From positions 50,170-114,169 of the forward strand of contig JBAXUY010000002.1 of assembly GCA_037129475.1 (NCBI GenBank): a stretch of DNA of 64,000 bases, written 5' to 3'. This stretch comes from Planctomycetia bacterium (lineage in GTDB: Bacteria; Planctomycetota; Planctomycetia; Pirellulales; UBA1268). Shown here one piece after another: positions 26,284-36,295 of this stretch. Every line of letters starts with the position of its first letter. Position 1 is the first letter of the stretch. Under the pieces are notes generated by a model. It saw only the letters and a program-made list of their open reading frames with translations. It did not search any database and was not told the origin of the DNA. The position numbers and the translations under genes were made by a program.

Positions 26284-28646
26284 GGCTGTGATTCCGGAGG
26301 CCGAGCCTGCGCCTGGGCCACGTCGAACTTCGGCGGTGTCGCCGCCATGGAAATGATATCGACGAGGAGCCGGCGAATGTCGAATCCGCCTTTTTTGAAC
26401 GACGCACGCAGATTTTCCAGCGTGTCGGGCCCCCAGGCCCGCATCGGCTGCTTCACGAGGGCATGGAACAGGCTTTGCACGAAGGCCTCCTGCGCATCGC
26501 GGCTCGAGGCCACATAGGTGGCGAGTTCGCGGGCCCCCTTGAATGTGGCCTCCGGACCCTCGCGCGGCAGGTAGGAGCCAGAGGCATCGACCGGCTTCTC
26601 CGTGGTGCCGTGCTTCTCCGCGGCGCGATGGCGGCCGATCGCATCGAACTCCTCGAGGGCGAATCCAAGCGGATTGATCATCGTGTGGCAGGTCTGGCAG
26701 GCCACGGCGCTCGTCTGCAGGGCCACGCGCTCACGCGTGGTGAGATCGGGATGCTGCTCGGGCGCGAGGGGGGCCACCGCCTCCTCCGGCGGCTTGAGCA
26801 CGTTGCCGAGCACACTTCGCGCGAGGAACACGCCGCGATGGATCGGGGAGGTCGCGGCCGTGTAGGAGAGCACGCTCATCATGTAGGGATGGGAGAGCAC
26901 ACCACCGCGGCGGCCGTCATCGAGCCGCACCCGCTGAAACGGTGCATCGGCCGGCAGTGTCGCTCCGTAGAGCGGGGCAAGCCGGCCGTTCAGGTAGACC
27001 GTGTCGTCGGTGAAGAGCCGGCGGAAGTCGGTGTCCGACGGCGCCCCGGATGCGCCGAGAACGTCGTCGAGGAAGAGCAGCAGGCTCGTCCGCAGGTCTG
27101 CTGCCACCTCGGGCGAGAAGCCGGCGTAGAGGTCCTTGTCTTTGGCGAGTTCCGGACCGTGGTCGATCCGAAGCCAGGTGAGGAGAAAGTCGCGGAGCTT
27201 GGCCTGCGTGCGTCGGTCGGCCACCATCCGCTCGGCCTGGGCTCGGATCTGCTCGGGCGTGGCGAGTTGGTTGTGGGCGGCGGCCGTCCAGAGCGGCTGG
27301 TCGGGGATCGAATCCCACAGTCCGAACGACAGCCGGGCCGCCGTGTCAAACGGGTCGGTGTCGCCGCCCGCGCCCGGCTCCCGAAACAGGAACCGCGGCG
27401 ACCCGAGGACGAGGAGCAGCGACCGCTTCAAGCCGGTGTCGAGGTCGGGGGCATCGCCGAACGCGCGATCGACGACGAGCGTCTTGAGTTCGGGCGCGAG
27501 CGGCCGGCGGAATGCCCGCTCGGCGAACGTGGCCGCAAAGGCCCGAAGCTTCTCCGCGCGGTCGGCGGCGTCACGCTTCACGCCCGCGAGGTGCTCGATG
27601 TGGTCGAGGACGTAGGCCGCCGTCTCGCTCGCAGCCGCCGTGGCCGCCTGGAACCAGTCCTTCGAGACGGATGTGCCGCGCTCGTACCCGATCGACTTGT
27701 CGTCGGGCGGGAAGGGCGTGGCGAGCACGAACACCTGGGGGCTGTCGCGGGGGATGAGGCAGCTTGCCGGAACCGTTTCAAGGACGCCCGCCGGAGGCTT
27801 CCAGAGAAGCTCGACCGAGGCATGCGCCGGCAGTTCGTGCTTCGTGTTGTCGACGCCCTGGTTGGCTTTCGAGAACTCGAGCCGCAGCGGATACGTCCGG
27901 CCACCGAGCAGGAAGATCGTGCCGCGATGCTCCGTCGCATCGCCCGACTTCACGTAGGCATCGATGAGCGGTGGTTCGTACCAGGCCGTATTGAGCGCGA
28001 GCTTGGCGGAGTGGGCCGTGCGGACCACGAACTCGTAGTGCCCCGTCTCGGGCGGCACGAGCGAGCCCGTCCAGCGGATCGCGAACCGGTTGGGCTCGAA
28101 CCGCTCCGGGTCGGGGCCCTCGACGCCGAAGTCGAAGGCCACCTGCGGATCGACCTGCTCGTAGACGAGGTTCTTGCCGCGGTCGAAGTCGCGGCCCATG
28201 AAATACTCTGCTCGCAGGCCGCGCTGCGCATCGACGCCCGGGCCGCGGCCGCGGAAGCTGGCGACGAGGTCGGCGACGACGTTGCGGTATTGCCGCACGG
28301 TGAGCCGCGAGAGGTCGACACGGGCCGGACGGTTGCGGTCGCGGGCCACCGGCGAATAGAAGGCGCCGTGGATGTATTCGGCGACCTGCCTGGCCGCAAC
28401 GCCGGTCACCTTCGAGGGGTCGTCCTCCGGCATCGTTTCGTCGATGTAGGCAGCGAGTTGGTTGACCGAGCGGTCACCCACGAGCGGGTCGGGGACGTCG
28501 GTCGTGCCGGCGCCCGTGTCGCCATGGCAGCGGGCGCAATGCTCCTTGTAGACGGCCAGGCCGGGATGGTCGGCAGACCATGCCGGGCGGCAGATGATCG
28601 CCGCCATGGCGATGGAGGCCAGCATCAGAATGCAGGTGGAACGCAT
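26280..28646 (-). CDS. Cytochrome c domain / PA14-like / DUF1592-DUF1595-DUF1588-DUF1587-DUF1585 family protein
   Basis: ORF 26280..30101 trimmed to [25 protein letters not shown] at 28646. Heme motif CARCH. PA14-like segment [20 protein letters not shown]...[19 protein letters not shown] second Cys pair reads CQTCH. Its stop overlaps the DUF1552 start (ATGA). Confidence 0.8.
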   Translation of the reverse strand: MRSTCILMLASIAMAAIICRPAWSADHPGLAVYKEHCARCHGDTGAGTTDVPDPLVGDRSVNQLAAYIDETMPEDDPSKVTGVAARQVAEYIHGAFYSPVARDRNRPARVDLSRLTVRQYRNVVADLVASFRGRGPGVDAQRGLRAEYFMGRDFDRGKNLVYEQVDPQVAFDFGVEGPDPERFEPNRFAIRWTGSLVPPETGHYEFVVRTAHSAKLALNTAWYEPPLIDAYVKSGDATEHRGTIFLLGGRTYPLRLEFSKANQGVDNTKHELPAHASVELLWKPPAGVLETVPASCLIPRDSPQVFVLATPFPPDDKSIGYERGTSVSKDWFQAATAAASETAAYVLDHIEHLAGVKRDAADRAEKLRAFAATFAERAFRRPLAPELKTLVVDRAFGDAPDLDTGLKRSLLLVLGSPRFLFREPGAGGDTDPFDTAARLSFGLWDSIPDQPLWTAAAHNQLATPEQIRAQAERMVADRRTQAKLRDFLLTWLRIDHGPELAKDKDLYAGFSPEVAADLRTSLLLFLDDVLGASGAPSDTDFRRLFTDDTVYLNGRLAPLYGATLPADAPFQRVRLDDGRRGGVLSHPYMMSVLSYTAATSPIHRGVFLARSVLGNVLKPPEEAVAPLAPEQHPDLTTRERVALQTSAVACQTCHTMINPLGFALEEFDAIGRHRAAEKHGTTEKPVDASGSYLPREGPEATFKGARELATYVASSRDAQEAFVQSLFHALVKQPMRAWGPDTLENLRASFKKGGFDIRRLLVDIISMAATPPKFDVAQAQARPPESQP

Positions 28647-28706
28647 GCGGCAAGACTCGGAATATACTCCATGGTATTGTTCGTCGTTCGCATCGGGAAA
28701 CATCGC

Positions 28707-30035
28707 ATGATTCCGCAGGGCAAGGCTCAGACTGGCAGATTGCGGCGCCGTACGTTCACGGGCTTCGTAGCGGGCTTGCCCGGGTTTTTCGCCACGCACG
28801 GTTTCGGGGCGGCTCCGGCGGAGGGCCCGTCCGACAAGCTCAATCTCGCCATCGTCGGCATCGGCGGGCAGGGAGCCGCGAACCTCAAGGACCTGAAGCA
28901 GCAGAACATCGTCGCCCTCTGTGACGTCGACGAGCAGCGGGGCGCGAAGGCGTTCGAGGAGTTCCCGCAGGCGCGCCGCTTCACCGACTTCCGCACGATG
29001 TTCGACAGCCTCGAGAAGGAGATCGACGGCGTCGTGATCAGCACGCCTGACCACACCCACTTTCATCCCGCCTGGTGGGCGATCGAGCGCGGCAAGCACG
29101 TGTACCTGGAGAAACCACTGGCGCACGAAGTGGACGAGGTGCGGCGGATCACCGAGGCTGCCCGGGCGAAGAAGCTGGCTACGCAGCTTGGTTCGCAGCG
29201 GCACGCGCTCCCGGGGCTGCGGGCTGGGGTCGAGTTCGTGAAGGCCGGCACGATCGGCACCGTGACCGAAGTCCACTCGTGGGTCGCGAGCAAGCGGGGC
29301 ATGCCGAAGCCGCCGGGGCCGGCGGCCCAGCCTCCGGCCACGCTCGACTGGGATCTGTGGCTGGGGCCCGTCGCCGAGCGGCCCTACACCGCCGGCTTTG
29401 CACCGTATGACTGGCGGTTCTGGTGGGAGTTCGGCACTGGCGAAACGGGCAACTGGGGCTGCCACATCCTCGATATCCCGTTTTGGGCGCTCGACCTCGC
29501 GCATCCCGTGCGCGTGTCGGGCAGCGGACCCACGCCAGATCCCGACCGCACGCCGACGCAGCTCACCAGCCGGCTCGACTTCCCGGCCCGCACTGCGGCC
29601 GACGGCAAGGCGCTGCCCGCCGTGAGCGTGCACTGGTATCAGGGGGTGCCACCCGTGATCGCCACATGTGGCATCGACGTCGAAGCGGTCAAGAAGAAAA
29701 ACACACTGTTCATCGGCACACAGGGGATGCTCCTGTGCGGGTTCGACGACTGGCGGCTGCTGCCGGAGCCGAAGTTCACCGACGTGAAGGCCGCGCCGCA
29801 GACACTCCCCCCGTCGCCGGGCTTCCGCCGCGAGTGGGTCGATGCCTGCCGCGGCGGCCCGCCCGCGACCTGCAATTTCGACTACACCGGCCCGCTCTCC
29901 GAGAGCGTGCTCCTCGCGAACATCGCCTACCGCGTGCAGGGCGAGTTCACGTGGGATGCAGCTGCGATGAAAAGCGACCGGGCCGACGTGAACGCGCTCT
30001 TGCGCCGGGCCTACCGCAAGGGCTGGGAGGTCTGA
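28707..30035 (+). CDS. Gfo/Idh/MocA family oxidoreductase with Tat-type signal
   Basis: ORF 26463..30035 trimmed to MIPQGKAQTGRLRRRTFTGFVAG. Rossmann motif LNLAIVGIGGQGAANL. Also ISTPDHTHFHPAWWAIERGKHVYLEKPL. Confidence 0.85.
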   Translation: MIPQGKAQTGRLRRRTFTGFVAGLPGFFATHGFGAAPAEGPSDKLNLAIVGIGGQGAANLKDLKQQNIVALCDVDEQRGAKAFEEFPQARRFTDFRTMFDSLEKEIDGVVISTPDHTHFHPAWWAIERGKHVYLEKPLAHEVDEVRRITEAARAKKLATQLGSQRHALPGLRAGVEFVKAGTIGTVTEVHSWVASKRGMPKPPGPAAQPPATLDWDLWLGPVAERPYTAGFAPYDWRFWWEFGTGETGNWGCHILDIPFWALDLAHPVRVSGSGPTPDPDRTPTQLTSRLDFPARTAADGKALPAVSVHWYQGVPPVIATCGIDVEAVKKKNTLFIGTQGMLLCGFDDWRLLPEPKFTDVKAAPQTLPPSPGFRREWVDACRGGPPATCNFDYTGPLSESVLLANIAYRVQGEFTWDAAAMKSDRADVNALLRRAYRKGWEV

Positions 30036-30036
30036 C

Positions 30037-31524
30037 TCACCGCACCTTCTGGTCGGGCAGCGCCGTCTGGATGCCCTCGTCGAGCGGCATCCGGTCGGCA
30101 TCGGGCGTGAGGCGGTGGGCGGCGAGCAGGGCGGTGAGTCGGCGTTCGAGATCGGCCCGCGTGGCCGCGTGGGCCGGATTGGCGGCGAGATTCACGAGCT
30201 CGCCGGGGTCGGCAGTGAGGTCGTAGAGTTCCGGCAGATGGCGGTCGGGCGTGCCGTCGCCGTGGGGATAGCGGATGAACTTCCAGCGGTCGGTGCGGAT
30301 ACCGCGGATGTTCGGCGTGTACGGAAACTGCTTTTCGTAGTTGTATTCGTAGAGCCATTCCGTGCGCCACGGCGCAGCCGAGCCGGCGAGCAGGCCCAGC
30401 CATGAGCGACCGTCGATGTCGTCGATCGCGGGAGCTCCGCAGGCGGCGAGGATGCTCGGCGCCACGTCGGCCGTGAGCACCTGCTCGCGCACGACCCGGC
30501 CGGCCGGCAGTCCCGGACCGCGGGCGATGAGCGGGATCCGGATGCTTGGCTCGTGCATCGTCCGCTTGTCGACCATCCCGTGTTCCCCTTCGAGGAGCCC
30601 GTTGTCGCCCATGAAAACAATGAGCGTGTTGTCCCACTGATTCGTCGCCTTCAGGAAGTCGACGAGCCGCCCCACGCTGTCGTCGACCGAGAGCACCGTG
30701 CCCCAGTAGGCATGCACCATGTTCTCGAAGTCCTTGACACCTTCCGGGCTCGTGTCCGGAAACGACTTTCGCCAGTCGAAGAGGGGGCCGTAGATGCCGT
30801 GCCATGTGGGAAGCCGCTGCCGGATCCAGTCGGGCTTGCCGTCGAGGCGGAACGCACTGGTGGGATAGGGCACGCGGACGTCGTCGAACGCGTGCTCGTA
30901 CTTGTGCTCGGGAAAATAAAACGAGTGGGGGGCCTTCTGGCCGACGCAGAGCGCCCACGGCTGGCCTGCCTGCCGCCCTTTCAGCCAGTCGAGCGCGTAG
31001 TCGGTGACGACGGTCGTGTAGTAGCCCTCCGGCGTCTCGCGGCGCTTGCCGTTGACGTTCCACTCCGTGTCGAAGTACTTCCCCTGGCCGGCGTGCGACA
31101 CGAACCAGTCGAAGCCGGGCCGCGGGGCGTCGTTGTCTTCGCCCATGTGCCACTTGCCGACATACGCCGTCGCGTAGCCCTGCTCGTGGAGGCGGGATGG
31201 CCAGTGCGGCAGCGCGGCGGGCAGTTCCGTGAAGTTGTTGCGGACGCCGTGGCGATGGGCGTAGAGCCCGGTGAGGATGCTCGCCCGGCTCGGCGAGCAG
31301 AGCGACGTCGTGCAGAACGCGTTGGCGAACCGCGCGCCGTCGGCTGCGAGGGCGTCGATCTGCGGCGTCTTCACGTGCTTCGATCCATAGCAGCCGAGCG
31401 CATCGGGCCGCAGATCGTCGCAGAGGATGAAGAGCACGTTCGGGGCTTGCGTCGGCTCGGCAGCGGTCGCAACCGGGACGAGCAGAGCAACGAGACACCA
31501 GAGGGCCGCAGGCATGGCTCTCAT
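30037..31524 (-). CDS. Sulfatase (formylglycine-dependent, type I)
   Basis: Signal peptide, then NVLFILCDDLRPDALGCYG ... the C-x-P-x-R formylglycine motif in TTSLCSPSRASILTG ... GKWHMG. Confidence 0.9.
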   Translation of the reverse strand: MRAMPAALWCLVALLVPVATAAEPTQAPNVLFILCDDLRPDALGCYGSKHVKTPQIDALAADGARFANAFCTTSLCSPSRASILTGLYAHRHGVRNNFTELPAALPHWPSRLHEQGYATAYVGKWHMGEDNDAPRPGFDWFVSHAGQGKYFDTEWNVNGKRRETPEGYYTTVVTDYALDWLKGRQAGQPWALCVGQKAPHSFYFPEHKYEHAFDDVRVPYPTSAFRLDGKPDWIRQRLPTWHGIYGPLFDWRKSFPDTSPEGVKDFENMVHAYWGTVLSVDDSVGRLVDFLKATNQWDNTLIVFMGDNGLLEGEHGMVDKRTMHEPSIRIPLIARGPGLPAGRVVREQVLTADVAPSILAACGAPAIDDIDGRSWLGLLAGSAAPWRTEWLYEYNYEKQFPYTPNIRGIRTDRWKFIRYPHGDGTPDRHLPELYDLTADPGELVNLAANPAHAATRADLERRLTALLAAHRLTPDADRMPLDEGIQTALPDQKVR

Positions 31525-31578
31525 GACATGATCCGGAAGCCGCCTTCGGGGGGACGGGTACGAAGCCCGACTCTCGCG

Positions 31579-32604
31579 TCAATTGCGGGAGAATTCCGGC
31601 TTCGCGAAGACGAGCTTGCCGGCTGACGTTTGGAGCGTGCTCGTGACGCTCGCGTGCACGAGCCGGCCGATCTGGTCGCGGCCGCCTTCCACCACGACCA
31701 TCGTGCCGTCGTCGAGGTAGCCCACGCCCTGGCCGGGGCCTTCACCGGGCTTCACGAGCCGCACGTCGACCATGTCTCCGGCAACGAACGTGGGCTTGAG
31801 CGAGAGGGCGATGTCGTTGATGTTCAGCGCCTGCACGGAGCGGACGCCTGCGATCTTCACCACGTTCGGATCGTTGGTGATGATCCGCCCGCCGAGCTGC
31901 CGGGCCATCGCCACCACGCGTTGCTCCTCGGAGCTGTCGGCGTCGGTTTCGTCGACCGGTGCGAGCACCTCGATGTCGACCGTCTTGTTTTCCCGCAGGT
32001 GTGCCAGTACGTCGAGGCCGCGGCGGCCCCGCAGCCGCCGCTGCTTGTCGGGCGAATCGGCCGCCTGCTGGAGCTCGTCGACCACGAACGACGGCACGAC
32101 GAACCGGCTTTGAAACAGCCCCGTCTCGGCGAGGTCGGCGACGCGGCCGTCGACGACGGCGCTGGCGTCGAGGATGTTGGGCCGCAGACCCTTCACGTCG
32201 CGGGCGAACTCGACGTAGGGAATCAGGAAGCGGAAGTCGTCGCGGGTCTGGAGGAGCAGGCTTGTGCAGATGTAGCAGAGGATCATGCCGAGGATGAGCG
32301 GGAGCCAGGACGCCACCGGGTTGTCGGAATTCGCGGCCAGAATCGGAGTCAGCGCGAGCACCGCGATGTAGGTGAGAAAGACACCCACGAGCAGGCCGAA
32401 GTAAATGGCCGTGATCACGGTGAGATCCTTGCGCCGCAGCGATGAATCGATGCCGATCACCGTCAGCGGCAGGGCGATCATGCCGAGAAGAACCGCCCAC
32501 GGCACCCAGGCGGGCGCCTGACGGATCATGGGGGTGCTGAACATGAGGACGGCGATGCCGACCGAGACCGCCACGAAGATCGCCCGCAGGACGACGAGTG
32601 CCAT
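31579..32604 (-). CDS. PIN/TRAM domain membrane protein (YacL-like)
   Basis: Four N-terminal TM helices, a PIN-like core (ILDASAVVDGRVADLAETG...VVPSFVVDELQ...ITNDPNV) and a C-terminal TRAM-like beta domain (GDMVDVRLVKPGEGPGQGVGYLDDGTMVVVEGG). Confidence 0.8.
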   Translation of the reverse strand: MALVVLRAIFVAVSVGIAVLMFSTPMIRQAPAWVPWAVLLGMIALPLTVIGIDSSLRRKDLTVITAIYFGLLVGVFLTYIAVLALTPILAANSDNPVASWLPLILGMILCYICTSLLLQTRDDFRFLIPYVEFARDVKGLRPNILDASAVVDGRVADLAETGLFQSRFVVPSFVVDELQQAADSPDKQRRLRGRRGLDVLAHLRENKTVDIEVLAPVDETDADSSEEQRVVAMARQLGGRIITNDPNVVKIAGVRSVQALNINDIALSLKPTFVAGDMVDVRLVKPGEGPGQGVGYLDDGTMVVVEGGRDQIGRLVHASVTSTLQTSAGKLVFAKPEFSRN

Positions 32605-32613
32605 GCCGAAAGT

Positions 32614-33762
32614 CTAGCAGAGGCGCCGGGCATGGTCTTGTTCGAGATATCTGTCAGTCATGCCGGCCAGGTAGTCGGCCGTGCTGCGTGGCACGCCCCA
32701 CTCGGCGGCCCGGGCGCGAAACCTGGCGGGCAACTCGTCGGGATGGGTGACGTACCAGTCGAAGAGTTGTGAAAGTTTTTCCTGGGCGGCGGCCCGCACG
32801 GTCATCACGTGGTCGCTGCGGTAGACCCGTTGGAAGAGAAAGATTTCGAGCTGCTTCTTGCCGGCGGCCACGGCCGGGCTGTGAGACACCACCCGCACGC
32901 CACGGCCACCGTCGAGGCCATCGAACACAGCCCGCACGCGGGCCACCGAGTCGATACCCAGGCGGTCGATCGTGGCTCGGCTCTCGGCCACGAGATCGGC
33001 CACTTGCAGATCGACGAGCTCGTGGAGCATCGCCCGGCGGAGTGTCGCTTCGTCGAGCGATCCTGCCTGATCGCGGGCCCGGGAGGCGGCTTCGGCGATG
33101 AGCGGCAGTTCGAGCAGCTCGTCGAGCCTGACGAGTCCCAGTTCGATGGCGTCGTCGGCATCGTGGGTGTCGTAGGCGATCGAGTCGGCCGCATCGACGG
33201 CCTGCGTTTCGAGAAGGGGCGCCGGGGCCTTGCCGTCGCGCTTCCGCGTGGCCTGGGCGTCGAGCACCTCGCGCGAAAGATTGAGCCCCGGATACCGCGC
33301 GTAACGGATCTCGAGCAACTCCATGATCCGCAGGGCCTGGGCGTTGTGATTGAAGCCGCCCTCGTTCCGGAGCAATTCGGCGAGCGTGTCTTCGCCGGCG
33401 TGGCCGAGCGGCGGATGGCCGATGTCGTGGCCGAGGGCGAGCGTCTCGACGAGGTCTTCGTTGAGCGCGAGCGCCCGGGCGAGCGTGCGGGCGATGCTCG
33501 TCACTTCGAGCGTGTGGGTGAGCCGGCTGCGGTGGTAGTCGCCTTGATTGCCTGTGAACACCTGCGTCTTGTGGGCGAGTCGGCGAAACGCGGCCGAGTG
33601 CACGATCCGATCGCGGTCGCGCTGATACGGGCTGCGAAACGGATGAACCGGCTCGGCGTGCACGCGGCCAGCCGAATCGGCAGAGTGCATCGCCCAGGGC
33701 CCGAGCAGGTGCGCCTCGCGGCGCTTCCAGCTCGTGAGATCCGCCCAGTCGATCGGCGTCAT
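32614..33762 (-). CDS. dGTP triphosphohydrolase-like HD-domain protein
   Basis: ORF 32614..35181 trimmed to MTPIDWADL at 33762. FRSPYQRDRDRIVHSAAFRRLAHKTQVF...RLTHTLEVTSIARTLA...ALGHDIGHPPLGHAGE...DAADSIAYDTHDADD. Confidence 0.85.
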   Translation of the reverse strand: MTPIDWADLTSWKRREAHLLGPWAMHSADSAGRVHAEPVHPFRSPYQRDRDRIVHSAAFRRLAHKTQVFTGNQGDYHRSRLTHTLEVTSIARTLARALALNEDLVETLALGHDIGHPPLGHAGEDTLAELLRNEGGFNHNAQALRIMELLEIRYARYPGLNLSREVLDAQATRKRDGKAPAPLLETQAVDAADSIAYDTHDADDAIELGLVRLDELLELPLIAEAASRARDQAGSLDEATLRRAMLHELVDLQVADLVAESRATIDRLGIDSVARVRAVFDGLDGGRGVRVVSHSPAVAAGKKQLEIFLFQRVYRSDHVMTVRAAAQEKLSQLFDWYVTHPDELPARFRARAAEWGVPRSTADYLAGMTDRYLEQDHARRLC

Positions 33763-34310
33763 CGCGGTGCCTCCGCAGCGGCGGCGACGAGTTGCTCCCA
33801 GAGGCTGTCGAGCGCCTGCGGCAGCACGCGCACGCCCGCGGTGGTCGGCATGAAGTTCACGTCGCCGGGCCAGCGGGGCACGATGTGCCAGTGGAGATGC
33901 CCGGGAAGGCCGGCCCCCGCCACGCTGCCGAGGTTGAGCCCGAGGTTGAATCCCTGGGCCTGCATCGAGCGTTCGATGACGCCGCACCAGCGCACGAGCC
34001 CATGCTGCAGGTCGAGCAGTTCGTCGGCGGAGAGGGCCTCGAGCGTGGCCCGGTGGTCGAGCGGGGCGACGAGCAGGTGGCCGTTGGAGTAGGGAAAGCG
34101 GTTGACCACCACGACGCTCCTCGGCGTCGTGCCGACGACACCGAGCGCCCGGTGATCGGTCGGTGCCGCCGCCGCCGCCCGGCAGAGAAAACAGTCGCGA
34201 TCGGCCCCCGCACGCCAGGCTGCCGGCTCCACCGGTTCCGGCGGCGTGCCCTTCTCGTGCCCCTGCACGTATCCCAGCCGCCACGGTGCCCAGAGGGTTT
34301 CGAAGGACAT
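33759..34310 (-). CDS. HIT family protein (Ap4A phosphorylase-like)
   Basis: ORF trimmed to MSFETLWAPWRLGYV at 34310. Histidine triad GLPGHLHWHIVPRW. Its stop overlaps the dGTPase-like start (ATGA). Confidence 0.85.
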   Translation of the reverse strand: MSFETLWAPWRLGYVQGHEKGTPPEPVEPAAWRAGADRDCFLCRAAAAAPTDHRALGVVGTTPRSVVVVNRFPYSNGHLLVAPLDHRATLEALSADELLDLQHGLVRWCGVIERSMQAQGFNLGLNLGSVAGAGLPGHLHWHIVPRWPGDVNFMPTTAGVRVLPQALDSLWEQLVAAAAEAPR

Positions 34311-34330
34311 GGGGATGATGGTACCGGCAC

Positions 34331-34406
34331 GTAGGGACAGGGCTCCAGCCCTGTCCACCGACCACGTAGGGACGGAGCTCCAGTTGGCCTGGAGGCCTGT
34401 CGCGAC
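34331..34406 (+). repeat. REP-like element (copy c, rearranged/duplicated)
   Basis: GTAGGGACAGGGCT-CC-AGCCCTGTCC is a perfect 10 bp stem carrying an A>G and T>C compensated pair relative to other copies. It is followed by GTAGGGACGGAGCTCCAG fused to TTGGCCTGGAGGCCTGTCGCGAC. It lies in the divergent HIT/scpA intergenic region. Confidence 0.75.
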
Positions 34407-34452
34407 GGGCTTCGGCATTGACACGCCGACGCCGCGGGCGGCAAATGGCCCC

Positions 34453-35223
34453 ATGGAATTCAAGGTTGCCACCGACGTCTTCTCCGGGCCGATGGACCTG
34501 CTGCTCTACCTCGTGAAGAAGCACGAAGTCGACGTCACGCAGGTGCCGATCGCCCGGATCGCCGAGGAGTTCGTGGCCTACCTCGACGTGCTCGAGGATC
34601 TGGCGATCGACCAGGTGGGTGAGTTCGTGGAATTCGCGAGCGTGCTCCTCGAGATCAAGGCCCGGGCGCTCGTGCCGCGGCCCGAAGAGCAGCCGGAGGA
34701 GACGGTGGAGCCGGCTCGCGAAGACCTCGTGCGCCGGCTCCTCGAATACAAGCAATACCGCGACGCCGCCGTGATGCTCGAAGATCGGGCCCGGCAGTGG
34801 GAATTGCGGTTTCCGCGCCTGGCGACCGACGAGCCCACCCGGCGCTCGAACCCTGTGGAGGTGACGATCGGCGACGTGCAGGTGTGGGATCTCGTGGGGG
34901 CGATGGCCCGCGTGCTCCGCAAGCGCGAGAAAAGGAAGCCCCGCCAGATCGTCCAGGACGACACCCCGATCGAAGTGCACATCGAACGGGTCGACGCCCT
35001 CGTGCACGAGCGAGGAAGGGTCGCTTTCTCGGAGTTGCTCGATGCCGATATGCCGCGGAGCCGGCTGATGGGTATCTTTCTGGCGGTGCTCGAGCTCACG
35101 CGCCGGGGCCGGCTCTCGACGCGACAGGACAAACTGTTCGACGAGATCTGGCTCGAGCCGCGGGCGGCCGCACCCGTGCACGCTGCCGCCGCGCCGGCGA
35201 ACCCGTCCCCAGAGCCCTCATGA
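34453..35223 (+). CDS. scpA: Segregation and condensation protein A
   Basis: ORF 34246..35223 trimmed to MEFKVATDVFSGPMDLLLYLVKKHEVDVTQVPIARIAEEFVAYL ... EFASVLLEIKARALVP ... IFLAVLELTRRG. Confidence 0.85.
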   Translation: MEFKVATDVFSGPMDLLLYLVKKHEVDVTQVPIARIAEEFVAYLDVLEDLAIDQVGEFVEFASVLLEIKARALVPRPEEQPEETVEPAREDLVRRLLEYKQYRDAAVMLEDRARQWELRFPRLATDEPTRRSNPVEVTIGDVQVWDLVGAMARVLRKREKRKPRQIVQDDTPIEVHIERVDALVHERGRVAFSELLDADMPRSRLMGIFLAVLELTRRGRLSTRQDKLFDEIWLEPRAAAPVHAAAAPANPSPEPS

Positions 35224-36059
35224 TCGACAACGCCCCGCTCCGCTCGCTCGTCCACAAGGGGCTCACGATCGAGGGCTACTCCCGCGCGGCGGTGCAGAGC
35301 TACTGGCGGATCCCTGAATTGAAATTGGGGTTCGACCTGGGCGCGCAGCCGTGGAGCTTCATGGCCACGAGCACGTGGTTTCTCACCCACACGCACCTCG
35401 ATCACATCGCGGCCCTGCCCGTGTACGTGGCCCGGCGGCGAATGATGAAGATGGAGCCGCCCACGATCTACATGCCGGAGAGCGCGATCGAGCCGATCGA
35501 GAAGCTCTTGAAGGCGGTGAGCCGGCTCGACCGCGGCCGCCTCCCCTGCACGCTCCTGCCCGCCCGGCCGGGCGACGAGATCGAGCTCTCGCGGGAGCAC
35601 GTGGTGACGGTGTCGGGCACCTGCCACACGCTGCCGAGCGTGGGATTCGTGGTGTGGGAGCGGCGGCGGAAGCTCAAGCACGAGTTTCAGGGGCTGCCCG
35701 GCGACAAGATCCGTGATCTCCGGCTCTCGGGGGTCGACGTGACGCACGAGGTGCGCACGCCGCTCGTGGCCTATCTCGGCGACAGCTCCCCGGAGGGGCT
35801 CGACCGCTGTCCGGCGATGTTCGAGGCCATGGTATTGATCACGGAGCTCACCTTCGTGGCCCACGCCCACCGCAAGGAGAAGATCCACAAGTTCGGCCAC
35901 ATGCACCTCGACGACCTGCTCGCCCGCCGCGAGCGGTTTCACAACGAGGTGATCATCGCCACGCACTTCTCCACGCGCTACACCGACGACCGCATCCGCC
36001 GGATCCTCGCCAAGAAGCTCCCCGACATGCTCGACGGCCGCCTGCACGTTTGGCTCTAG
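35220..36059 (+). CDS. MBL-fold metallo-hydrolase (RNase Z-like)
   Basis: The ATG at 35220 overlaps the scpA stop (ATGA). HxHxDH motif in WFLTHTHLDHIAALP. Further His/Asp ligands lie in TCHTLPSVGF and KFGHMHLDD. Confidence 0.8.
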   Translation: MIDNAPLRSLVHKGLTIEGYSRAAVQSYWRIPELKLGFDLGAQPWSFMATSTWFLTHTHLDHIAALPVYVARRRMMKMEPPTIYMPESAIEPIEKLLKAVSRLDRGRLPCTLLPARPGDEIELSREHVVTVSGTCHTLPSVGFVVWERRRKLKHEFQGLPGDKIRDLRLSGVDVTHEVRTPLVAYLGDSSPEGLDRCPAMFEAMVLITELTFVAHAHRKEKIHKFGHMHLDDLLARRERFHNEVIIATHFSTRYTDDRIRRILAKKLPDMLDGRLHVWL

Positions 36060-36097
36060 AACGGGCTTCAGCGTGGCTTGGCCTCGACGCGCCCAGT

Positions 36098-36277
36098 CCG
36101 GCTCGGGGCTACCCATGCTCCATCGCCGGACGTTCGCCGCGGCCCTCCCGGCCTCGGCTCACTCGACTTCGACTGCGCTTCGGCATCCTGCCTGCGCTTG
36201 TCTGCATACGCCGGCGATTGGAGCACGGATAGCCCCGAGCCTCCCCTCTTCGTAGCGACAGAGCTCCAGTTCTGTCG
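36098..36277 (+). repeat. Composite structured intergenic element, copy B (ends in a single REP hairpin)
   Basis: The 5' arm GGCTCGGGGCTA (36100..36111) pairs with TAGCCCCGAGCC (36230..36241), the same 142 nt span as copy A. It ends with GTAGCGACAGAGCT-CC-AGTTCTGTCG (36252..36277). Confidence 0.6.
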
Positions 36278-36295
36278 GTCTGTCACAATGCACGC

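Noticed and set aside
26463-28706. N-terminal 748 aa of the 1,190 aa ORF 26463..30035 (+). Likewise the upstream extensions of ORFs 26280..30101, 32614..35181, 9515..11239, 21439..23301, 23837..25342 and 57992..60433.
   Set aside because: The extensions are antisense to, or overlap, well-supported genes and are compositionally junk. Internal starts give canonical N-termini (signal peptides, Tat motifs, ATGA coupling).
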